NCBI GenBank assembly: GCA_010093995.1
Contig: ML992527.1
Span: forward strand, 56,106-76,105
Direction of reading: 5' to 3'
Length of the DNA stretch: 20,000 bases
From: Elsinoe ampelina
Lineage: Eukaryota
Shown here: piece after piece, positions 1 to 8,629 of the stretch
How the letters are laid out: the number at the start of each line of letters is the position of its first letter
How positions within the stretch are numbered: the first letter of the stretch is position 1
Made by a program: the position numbers and the translations under genes
Notes under the pieces: model-generated
Database searches by the model: none
What the model saw: only the letters and a program-made list of their open reading frames with translations
Told to the model about the DNA's origin: nothing

Positions 1-57
1 TGTGTAACCTTATATCACGCAGTCTAGCTATGAAGCCTCAATCTAATACACAAATAG

Positions 58-951
58 TCTCCTAATCCTGCTTGCGCCGTTGTCGCATCTCCCACTATGG
101 AGAAGTCTAGTCGTTCTCCGATCGCCAAATGGCATATCGGTCACAGCTGCGCTGTTACTCGCTCTTTGTACACAATCACAGATCGCGACCATATACTATC
201 TCTGAGCATGCCCTCCATTCAAGCGACAAGGATCTATTGTACCCAAGCCTCCGCGGTTTGTTGACTACCTCAATCTGGCGCAGCTACTGTTACAGTGGAT
301 ATGCTCAACAGTTCTGTACGTCCATCCTTTCAATCACGATCAACGATGCCGTCTTTCTGACCAGTGCATATTGCACGCAGTCTAGCGTTCGTCCTCGTAG
401 CGCGTACACGTGCACAAGACGATCTGCAGCGGCATTCGACAACGAGCTCGACCAACGATACTTCCTTCCCATCGAATAAGACAGCAATCACGCTACTTGT
501 CCTTCATGCGACCCTTTGCATCTTCTGGGCGATTCTAGCCGGCCAGCCAAGAGACGACTGGCTTGATCTTCCCTTCGTCACTATCATGGGCATCAACGCA
601 TACGGGATCAATCCCATCATCACAGTCGTGACCGGAATCGCCTCAGCGCTACAGGTGCGAACGACTAGGGTAAGCCAGGGCCCATCCGCATTGAACCCGA
701 TGACTTTGCTGCCCTGCGCTGTCGTTTCCTTAGTTCTAGCAGTATCGTGGCCGTTCAGGTTCAAGTTGCCGCACAATCTCAAGTCTCATGGCCAGTTATG
801 GCTTCTGGAAGAGTGGTACCCCCTTGTAGGCTGGACTTGCGTCAATAATGCTGTCATTGCGATGGGGCAGTGTATTACGCTGTATGTTATGATGAGAAAG
901 AGCGACAGTGGGGTGCAGCTAAATGGAGAGAGACAAGCGTTACTAGCGTGA
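58..951 (+). pseudogene. Multi-pass membrane protein, PQ-loop-like fungal family; 5' end probably off-window; exons 58-315 and 381-951; in-frame TGA at 203-205 (pseudogene, null allele or sequence error)
   Basis: Branch CTAAT 43-47 and acceptor TAG 55-57 precede a frame reading LLILLAPLSHLPLWRSLVVLRSPNGISVTAALLLALCTQSQIATIYYL*ACPPFKRQGSIVPKPPRFVDYLNLAQLLLQWICSTVL. Donor GTACGT at 316, branch CTGAC 357-361 and acceptor CAG ending 380 (65-nt intron) join it in frame to the hydrophobic 364..951 ORF. The family call rests on a degenerate PQ-loop-like pattern (..SHLPLWRSL..RSPNGIS..) recalled from memory. Confidence 0.6.
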
Positions 952-1169
952 CCACAATCGTATCACAGGATCACCACAATCAGCGTTCACGTGAAGTAGA
1001 GCTGAAACAAACAACCATTTGCATTACATTTCAATCAAAAACTACCATTAACGCCTGTCAAGCAACGACCACAAGCATGCTCGATGGTCGGAGCTTGACT
1101 TTTTGAATAAGCTTCTCGATCAACAAGTGATCCAAGCTGTGTCCCCCATGTCCGAACGTTGTTACCCAA

Positions 1170-2718
1170 CTAGAACGAGATCTTCTTGCCCTTGAAGTCG
1201 CCGAAGCCACCTCTGTTGGTGGACTGGAAACCACCACGGCCGCCACCACGGCCGCCGCCACGACCACCGCGACCTCCTCCGCGACCGCCACGGTCATTGA
1301 ATCCGCCACGGCCACCACGACCTCCGCCGAAGCCACCACGTCCACGACCGCCGCGGGGGCTGTCACCAGTAGCGGGACGAGCACCAGCGAAATCGAGACG
1401 GACGTTGCGACCTCCAATGTCGGCACCATTGAGACCTTCGACGGCAGCCTGAGCTTCCTCAACTGTGGCAAACTCGACGTAGCCGAAGCCCTTCATGTTA
1501 CCAGAGTCGGGGTCGGTGGGAAGACGGACGCCATTGACGTTGCCGTACTCGGAGAATGCCGAAGTGATCATGTCCTGGTCCGCGTTGAACGAGATGTTGC
1601 CGACAAACACAGTGTTGCTTGGCTCATTGGGAGCTCTGTCACCAAACTTCTGAGCCCGGGCAGAGACCTGCTCGTTGTTGTATGAGCGGTCGGGGCGAAC
1701 CTTGCCGAAATCGATGTTGATCTCGCGGCCGTCGACTTGAGCACCCTGCTTGGCATCAAGAGCAGCAGTGGCACTCTCGACGTCCTCGAACTCGACGTAA
1801 CCGAAACCCTTTGAGCGGCCACTGTCGCGGTCGGTGATGATCCTGACGCCGACGATGGTGCCGAAGCCCTCGAACTCGCGGCTGAGCCAGTCCTCATCGA
1901 CGTTCCAGGACAGAGAACCAACGAAGAGGTTCTTGGATGGTTCGCTCAAAGGCTCTCCGTTAAGCTTGACACGCTTGACGGGGGTGGTAGTCTCGGTATC
2001 TGCCTTGCGCTTCTTCTGTTCAGGGGCCTTCTTCGCAGGCTTCTCCTCTTCCTCCTCGGAGCTGTCGCTATCGCTGTCGGCTTCAGAGTCGGATCCATCG
2101 CTGAGGGCACCGGTCTATACGATATCAGTCAAATTTAAATGCGTTGGGAGTCAAGCGTACCTTTACGGCTTCCTCTGCGGCCTCCTCCTCCGAGGAAGAA
2201 GCATCGGAATCAGACTCGTCGCTCTCGGCAGCCTTCTTGACGACCTTGCCGTTGGTGGCGGGCTTCTCCTCCTCATCAGACTCGGAGTCATCAGAAGAGT
2301 CGGAGCTGTCCTCCTTTGCAGCAGCCTTGGTAGTACCGTTGGCCTTGGCCTTGGGAGCCTCGACCTCGGACTCACTGGACGAGTCGGAGTCGCTGGACTC
2401 TTCCTTCTTTGCCTTGGTCGCCTTCTTTGCACCGTTGACCTTGGCAGGCTTCTCATCAAGGGACATCTCGCTGTCGCTATCACTGGCGCTGCTCGCAGAG
2501 CTGTCACTAGTGGCGCTATCGCTGTCAGACTCGCTCTTGACGGAGTCCTTGCGCTTCTTGTCGGATTTCTGGTGTGCTTTGGCTGCAGTCTTTGCAGTCG
2601 CCTTGCTCTTCTTGGTATCTTCAGCAGGCTTGGTCACACGACCAGCCTTGACGCTCTTGAGGGCAGCAGCGGGGGCCTCGGCCTTGACCGCCTTTGAGGA
2701 TGACTTGCTCTTTGCCAT
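1170..2718 (-). CDS. NSR1: Nucleolin-like nucleolar protein Nsr1/Gar2 (~500 aa); exons 2718-2161 and 2114-1170
   Basis: N-terminal Lys/Ala-rich and acidic Ser-Asp blocks, two RRMs (LFVGSL...KGFGYVEF; VFVGNI...KGFGYVEF), C-terminal RGG/GAR domain ending GDFKGKKISF. A 46-nt intron at 2160-2115 (GTACGC...CTGAT...TAG) joins ORFs 2125..2889 and 1170..1949 in frame. Confidence 0.95.
1200..1360 (-). repeat. Coding low-complexity RGG/GAR repeat of Nsr1
   Basis: Tandem CCACCACGG/CCGCCACGG-type units on + encode RGGRGRGGFGGGRGGRGGFNDRGGRGGGRGGRGGGRGGGRGGF. Confidence 0.9.
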
Positions 2719-2720
2719 TT

Positions 2721-3060
2721 CTGTACGAACGTTAGTATGTGTGTAATAGCACCACCTTGTCAGCAAGCAGTATATGCTTGACCAGAGTCGGGGCGACTCG
2801 TCTCGAAAAGCCCACAGGTATGTCAACGAAGTATACTCGTGACAACCAGATCCGTCGAGTGCTCTGTCGCTGGCCAAGTGTTCCCACAAATGCCTGACGA
2901 GAGCAGGAACCCCGCAGATGCCTCTTTGGAAGAAGCTGAAAGCCTACAAGCCCACTGGTACGGACACACGAGACCCGCCGCAGTCTCTGGTAGTATTCTG
3001 ACAACTCGATGACGAGTGTCTTATTTGAGGAAAAGCCCACTGAAAGTGTATGCAACGAAC
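2721..3060 (-). other. Probable 5'-UTR intron of NSR1 (3' end well supported, donor uncertain)
   Basis: Minus strand reads TACTAAC (2737-2731) GTTCGTACAG|AAATG: a perfect branch point and an acceptor 2 nt before the start codon. Candidate donors are GTTCGT at 3060 or GTGGGC at 3040, 2955 or 2815. Confidence 0.6.
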
Positions 3061-3109
3061 CGATGTGTATGTTATGATCCCTCTGTAATGCTCTCGGATA
3101 TCCCACGTG

Positions 3110-3396
3110 AAAGAATAGTCCCTGATTTCAAAGACTAGGTATGAGTGTGAGAAGGAAGAAAATGTGTCGCTCGAACTTTTTTTTTTTGTAAAAGGCGGCG
3201 GCGGGTCGTCCAAGCTCCCAGCGGCAGACACTGCAGAGGTTTTCTTCCCCGCTAGCGCCGTCCGACTCGGTGATCAAAACCCTATTGGCGGCAAGGCGGA
3301 CCCTGATTTCATGTCTCGAGCCACATCACCACGGCGGACTTCCACCCGCAGGTCTTGATCGTCAATTCACATGATGCATGCCTTTATGCGGTGACA
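3110..3396. promoter_or_regulatory. Divergent promoter region NSR1/ALG6 with poly(dA:dT) tract
   Basis: Head-to-head genes; T11 at 3177-3187; minus-strand pyrimidine-rich tract at ~3140-3165, typical of fungal transcription start regions; AAACCCTA at 3277-3284. Confidence 0.55.
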
Positions 3397-5268
3397 ATGG
3401 CTCAAACACCATCAAAGGCGTCACATACGCCTCGGAAGAAGAGAAGATCGTCAGGGGCGGCATTGAATTCTGACAATGGCGCTCTGATTCAAGATGGCTC
3501 TTTACAGTACCCAGCATTTCCTCTGGCTGCCTTTCTACTACCGGCCAAGGGGACAGTGTCACAATGGGTCTCAGTGCCGTTGATACTGATGGCAGTCGGT
3601 CTATTCAGATGGGCGTTGGGCTTCTGGGGCTACTCAGGTCGGTGAAGAGACTGCTAACGCTACTCTATTAGACTGACAATACCACAGGTCGAGCAAAGCC
3701 ACCCATGCATGGCGACTTTGAGGCTCAAAGACATTGGATGGAATTGACCACCAATCTGCCAGTCTCTCATTGGTACTTTTATGACTTGCAATGGTGGGGT
3801 CTGGACTATCCGCCGTTGACAGCATATCATAGCTGGATCTTGGGAACTATGCAAGTATTCAAGTAGGACGTCGCGGCATTCTTCTGACAATCATAGTGGA
3901 AATTATATCAACAAAGACTGGTTCGCCCTATACACATCTCGCGGCCTGGATGATCACTCGCTCAAGATTTACATGCGAGCAACAGTCTTGATCTCGGAAT
4001 ATGTCACACTCATCCCTGCAGCTATAGTATGCGTCCGAAGGCTCAGTCGATTATCCGGAGTCAGCTCCTGGGAAGCATCCATTGCTTTGACCGCTCTTCT
4101 TATGCAACCCGCAACACTTCTAATCGATCATGGCCATTTTCAGTACAATACTGTGATGCTTGGCTTCATCGTCTCAACCATTGCAGGAATACTCAGAGGA
4201 CATCCGGCTAGAAGCTGTTTGTATTTTGTCGCCGCTCTCGGATTCAAGCAGATGGCTCTCTTCTATGCGCCCGTTGTGTTCGCATATCTACTGGGTATCT
4301 GCATCTTCCCTCGGATCAATGTCATCCGCTTCTTGGCTATTGCTCTTTGCACGATCGCATCTTTCGCCGTGCTGTATCTTCCCTTTCTGCTGGGCGTCGC
4401 GTACGACTCGAAACGCCGGATACCACTGCCATCCGACCACGAGATCCCTCCACTGCTATCAGCGCTTCCGTTCGAGATCTCACGCCAGTCATACATCTAC
4501 CCTCTGGCTTTGCAGCTGGCGCAGTCCATTCATCGCATCTTTCCCTTCTCTAGAGGACTTTTCGAGGATAAAGTTGCAAACATCTGGTGCGCGATTCATT
4601 CATCTGGTCTACACAAGTTGACACGGTACGACTCATCACTGTTGTCACGAGCGGCGCTTTTGGTCACACTTGCTGCCATTACCCCATCCTGTTTCATCCT
4701 CTTTATCAAGCCTAAGCGGGCTTTGGTACCATGGGCATTCTCGTCTTGCGCATGGGGATTTTTCCTTTGCAGCTACCAGGTCCACGAAAAGAACGTGCTG
4801 CTACCTCTACTCCCCATGACACTACTTCTGGCTTCAGAAAGGGGACTTAAGCCAGACCTCCGAGCATGGATTGGATTTGCTAATATCCTCGGCACCTGGA
4901 CACTATATCCGCTGCTTCAGAGAGACGAACTCCGCGTTCCTTATTTCGTCCTAAATCTTCTATGGGCATGGCTGTTGGGGCTCCCTCCGACTTCACTCTC
5001 TGCATACTTTGGCCAGCAGGGATCATCTCTGAGCCTCTTGACGAAAGTTATACATCTTTCCTTCTATCTCGGCATGATTGCGTGGCACATTGGCGAAGCA
5101 TACGTGCCGCCGCCAGATCGTATGCCAGATCTCTGGGTTGTCGGCAATGCCGTCGCTGGAGCTGCAGGCTTTGGTATCTGCTACCTCTGGTGCACCTGGA
5201 ATCTCATCCTGAAGAGCGGACTTTTCGGATCGTCCACGCTTGAGGCTCCCACTAAGAAGACTCAATAG
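3397..5268 (+). CDS. ALG6: Dolichyl-P-Glc:Man9GlcNAc2-PP-Dol alpha-1,3-glucosyltransferase Alg6 (GT57); exons 3397-3637, 3688-3850, 3897-5268
   Basis: Spliced product contains [77 protein letters not shown] and [11 protein letters not shown]. Introns are 3638-3687 (GT-AG, 50 nt) and 3851-3896 (GC-AG, 46 nt). Confidence 0.95.
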
Positions 5269-5421
5269 GAATGCGAAGATGGAAAGTTGAGAATGATTGT
5301 ATTCTGTTGTACAATAGATACCCACGTATGAGCACTTTCTATAGGTCGACCAGGCCCTTTTGATAGTATATACGAGTCCTTTCAACCACAGATATAGCCT
5401 CTTCTAGCTCTTCCCGGTCAA

Positions 5422-5770
5422 TTATATGTTAAAGCCATATCCCTTCATGCATGTCTTGTACTGCGAAACCAGGTCGGAGCATTCCTTTTGAGGGTCGTTG
5501 GAGTTGGAGAACAGCATGCACTCGTCGCGAGCGCTCTTCTCATCCTTGCATACGCAGCAGGGCTGGTATCTTGTCAGGGTGGCTCGAGTCTCTTCGAAGT
5601 GTTCCATCGTACCTTTACTTTGGCCGCAGCATCTCCGGCGGGCTTGAGATCGGCGGCGAGATTGTTCGGCGGCGTGGCCGTCGCTGTGACGGAGTCAGTA
5701 TGAGAGTAGTCCTGACATAGATTTGACTAGACTCACAATCCTGTAATGATCTCGTCGCTGGAGCTGACAT
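5422..5770 (-). CDS. COX17: Mitochondrial copper chaperone Cox17 (~81 aa); exons 5770-5737, 5683-5613, 5562-5422
   Basis: Spliced product is MSAPATRSLQDSTATPPNNLAADLKPAGDAAAKVK-PCCVCKDEKSARDECMLFSNSNDPQKECSDLVSQYKTCMKGYGFNI, with the KPCCxC copper motif and twin Cx9C. Introns are GTGAGT...CTGAC...CAG (53 nt) and GTACGA...CTGAC...CAG (50 nt). Confidence 0.93.
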
Positions 5771-6109
5771 CTTGATCTTGCTGGGAATGTCGAGGATAGA
5801 GCGTGACCTTCGATGCGTCTTGGAATGCTCGACCCTGCTGAATAATTCTGCCGACTCTCGCCGACTTTGGTGCAGCACGTCACCGTCACAAATTGCGGCT
5901 CTGCGGTCCAAGCTGATCTTCTGCATGGAAGGGTCTCGATCAATTTTATCCCACGAGCAAGGCCCCACATAATTTGAGCTTGGTGCCCCTCGCTTGTGTA
6001 AACATTCAGACTTGATCAAATTATTTTTCAACCACGGTCATTTGGATCGAGTCAAACAACTATTCTGACCATCTCTAAAGAATTACCCTACCATCCGCTC
6101 GAGATCAAC
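5771..6109. promoter_or_regulatory. Compact divergent promoter COX17/RNA1 (~340 bp)
   Basis: Head-to-head start codons at 5770 (-) and 6110 (+); AT-rich stretch AAATTATTTTTCAA near 6018-6031. Confidence 0.5.
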
Positions 6110-7417
6110 ATGGCGAAGCTCTTCTCCCTCGAAGGCAAAGGCCTCAAACTCGACACCGCCGCCGACATTGAATCCCACCTCCAACCCCTCATCACCTCCA
6201 ACGACATCGAAGAAGTGCGCTTCCAAGGCAACACGCTCGGTGTCGAAGCCTGCGCCGCCCTCGCCCAAGTCCTCTCCACCAAACCCTCGATACGAGTACG
6301 TCCCCTATACCACGCCATCCCACTCCATGCCCCCCTCACTAACCCCTTCCTCCAGATCGCCAACCTAGCCGACATCTTCACCTCTCGCCTCCTCTCCGAG
6401 ATTCCCCCATCCCTCACCTCTCTCCTCGAAGCTTGCCTCTCCCTCCCCAACTTACACACCATCAACCTCTCGGATAACGCCTTCGGTCTCAACACAGTCG
6501 AGCCCCTTCGCCCTTTCCTCTCCCAACACGTCCCCCTCCAGCATCTTATCCTCAACAACAACGGCCTCGGCCCTGCGGCAGGCACTCTGGTCGCGGAAGC
6601 CCTAACGCAACTCGCCGCGCGCAAAGCCGCTGCCCGGCAAGAGGGGAAGGATGTCCCTGACCTCGAGACGGTGGTGTGTGGACGGAACAGGCTGGAGACG
6701 GGGAGCATGAAGGCTTGGGCGGAGGCGTATCGTGCGAACAACGGGGTGAAGGAGATAAGGATGGTGCAGAATGGGATCAGGCAGGAGGGGATCGTGGTGC
6801 TGCTTCGAGAAGGGTTGAGGCATGCGAAGAAGTTGGAGGTCGTGGATTTGCAGGATAATACGTTCACAGTAGTAGGAAGCCGGGCGTTGGCGGATGTAGT
6901 TCGAGGGGGCGCCTGGCCTGCGCTCAAGGAATTGGGCGTGGGGGATTGCTTGCTCAAAGCGAGTGGTGGGAGGGCAGTGTTCAGCGCGCTGGGGGAAGGG
7001 AAGACGAAGGAACTCGAGGTTATCAAGGCGCAGTACAACGAGGTGGATGCGGGGAGTCTCAAGGCTTTGGCAGAGGGGTTGGACGCGTTGCCGAAGTTGA
7101 GACGGGTAGAAGTGAATGGCAACAAGTTCGCGGAAGAGGATGAGAGTGTGGAGAAGATCAAAGCCGTATTGGATGAACGGAGAGAGAAGGCTGGAGAGGA
7201 CGAGGACGAGGAGCGGTGGGGCGTGGATGAGCTGGATGATTTGGAGGAGGAGGATAATGATGAGGAGGGAGAGGAAGACGAGGATGAGGAAGATGAAGAG
7301 GAGGAAGGGGAGAGGGTGGTCAAGGAGGCGGAGAGGGCGGAGGAGGAGCCTGTTGCTGCGGACCAGGATAAGGAGGTCGATGATTTGGCTGCGAAGTTGG
7401 GCAAGACGGGTATCTAA
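6110..7417 (+). CDS. RNA1: Ran GTPase-activating protein Rna1 (LRR domain plus acidic tail, ~415 aa); exons 6110-6295 and 6356-7417
   Basis: FSLEGKGLKLDT, GNTLGVEAC, ADIFTSRLLSEIP, INLSDNAFG, LNNNGLGP, CGRNRLE, QNGIR, DLQDNTFT and an Asp/Glu tail. A 60-nt intron at 6296-6355 (GTACGT...ACTAAC...CAG) is read through by the ORF track. Confidence 0.95.
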   Translation: MAKLFSLEGKGLKLDTAADIESHLQPLITSNDIEEVRFQGNTLGVEACAALAQVLSTKPSIRVRPLYHAIPLHAPLTNPFLQIANLADIFTSRLLSEIPPSLTSLLEACLSLPNLHTINLSDNAFGLNTVEPLRPFLSQHVPLQHLILNNNGLGPAAGTLVAEALTQLAARKAAARQEGKDVPDLETVVCGRNRLETGSMKAWAEAYRANNGVKEIRMVQNGIRQEGIVVLLREGLRHAKKLEVVDLQDNTFTVVGSRALADVVRGGAWPALKELGVGDCLLKASGGRAVFSALGEGKTKELEVIKAQYNEVDAGSLKALAEGLDALPKLRRVEVNGNKFAEEDESVEKIKAVLDERREKAGEDEDEERWGVDELDDLEEEDNDEEGEEDEDEEDEEEEGERVVKEAERAEEEPVAADQDKEVDDLAAKLGKTGI

Positions 7418-8007
7418 GCCACGCAGAGATGGAGGAGATTGAAGGGAATAATTGCTTGAAAGAGGAGAGACTTACAAATCGTTGGAAGTGGTCGAGTAAT
7501 CCTCGAGACTTACCTGGAAATGCTTAGATAGCCAGCGAATTGAGCCATATCATAGAATAATGCAGGGATTCTGAATCAGACTGGACACCGCGGCCGCCCA
7601 TATCGTCGAGTCGGGTATCCAGAGCTGAAACTAGAGAGATGGTCAGCAACCCTTCCCATCTCTTCATAAGTCGCATTGGAACGGGTCGCATCGGGTGTTG
7701 TCGCGTTGGCTGCCATCCCCATCGTCCATCCCAGTCCATGCGGTCATGCACACGCAACAAACCCGCCAGACCGTACACCGCTCTCAGTCGAAGAAAAAGC
7801 TCAGGATCCATTCCAAAGAATCTGTACACACAAGTCTCACAAGTCCCTCCAAGAATGCTTACACTCCATCGCAATGTAGGTCCCGTCCATGCCCGTGCAA
7901 TGCAATGCCAAACCCACCCAACTCCTCGCTTATACCAAATAACACCCAACCATGCCAGTCCAGAAATGCAATGCCTCAAAAGAACCCCAAATTCAACCCC
8001 ATTTGTA

Positions 8008-8023
8008 CAACCCAACCCAACCC
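8008..8023 (+). repeat. Short (CAACC)3 repeat inside a C/A-rich low-complexity tract at ~7900-8030
   Basis: CAACCCAACCCAACCC immediately past the stop codon of the 8024-8629 gene. Confidence 0.6.
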
Positions 8024-8629
8024 TCAGCAAATAGCCACATGCCTACTCTGCAAATGATCCACCAAATTCATGACCCTCTCCTTATGCACCTTTGCCCCCA
8101 ACCTCGCATGAAAAGCCGGCTCCCTCCTATGCGCCGCCAACCAAATATCATCCCCGACCCCGTCCTCCCAGGACAACATGAACCTCGTCAACCGGATCCT
8201 CTGCAGCGCCATGCGTTGCGCCGCCGACAACGCATACTTGAGGAATATCAACGTGTCCGACGACGAGAGCGAGAGGACGAACACGGTCTGGTACCACAGC
8301 TGGCGCGCGACGGCGGCGTGCAGGGTGCGGTTGACTCGTAGCAAGGCCAGCGGGTAGCCCGAGACGGACCAGCAGGTGCGGGCGGCGCCGGTGGTGAGGT
8401 CTGATTGGGAGAAGGAGGTGGAGGGGCGGCGTTTGACGTATACCGTGGAGTCGGAGTCGGCGCAGAGGTAGCCTGCGATTTTGCAGAGGATTTCGGTGGG
8501 GAGGTCGTCGAGGGTGGTGGTGCGCGGGGTGGAGGTGGGGGGTTTCAGGTGGAGGGTGTCGTAGTCGGTGTAGTATTTGTTTTTGATGACGGAGGAGACG
8601 GTGGGGGTCGTGTCGTCGTAGGGATACAT
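8024..8629 (-). CDS. Hypothetical 201-aa protein with an N-terminal F-box-like motif
   Basis: ATG-initiated single-exon ORF; TLDDLPTEILCKIAGYL resembles the F-box start (LxxLPxEIxxxI), followed by ALLRVNRTLHAAVARQLWYQTVF, a pattern common in fungal F-box-like proteins; pyrimidine-rich 5' leader on the minus strand. Confidence 0.7.
   Translation of the reverse strand: MYPYDDTTPTVSSVIKNKYYTDYDTLHLKPPTSTPRTTTLDDLPTEILCKIAGYLCADSDSTVYVKRRPSTSFSQSDLTTGAARTCWSVSGYPLALLRVNRTLHAAVARQLWYQTVFVLSLSSSDTLIFLKYALSAAQRMALQRIRLTRFMLSWEDGVGDDIWLAAHRREPAFHARLGAKVHKERVMNLVDHLQSRHVAIC

Noticed and set aside
1834..2746. 287-aa and 200-aa plus-strand ORFs opposite NSR1
   Set aside because: Mirror translations of the low-complexity Ser/Asp/Lys/Ala region of Nsr1.
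2894..2941. Hammerhead-like CTGACGA...GAAA on the plus strand
   Set aside because: Stem II does not close directly between the two core elements, and I could not find stems I/III with a cleavage triplet; it is also antisense to NSR1.
2755..3120. U3 or box C/D snoRNA resemblance (GACTATTCTTTCA...GGGATCAT, terminal CTGACAAG on the minus strand)
   Set aside because: No box C (TGATGA) or box B equivalent, and the box A-like pieces are separated by 26 nt that lack intron signals. An H/ACA or novel RNA is not excluded and is kept as a finding.
6088..7404. 438-aa antisense ORF overlapping RNA1
   Set aside because: Shadow ORF: C/G-ending codons and the acidic tail of RNA1 remove antisense stops, and the product is Ser-rich low complexity with no recognisable domain.
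7418..8023. ORFs of 67-168 aa between RNA1 and the F-box-like gene
   Set aside because: They arise from C/A-rich low-complexity sequence and show no coding signature.
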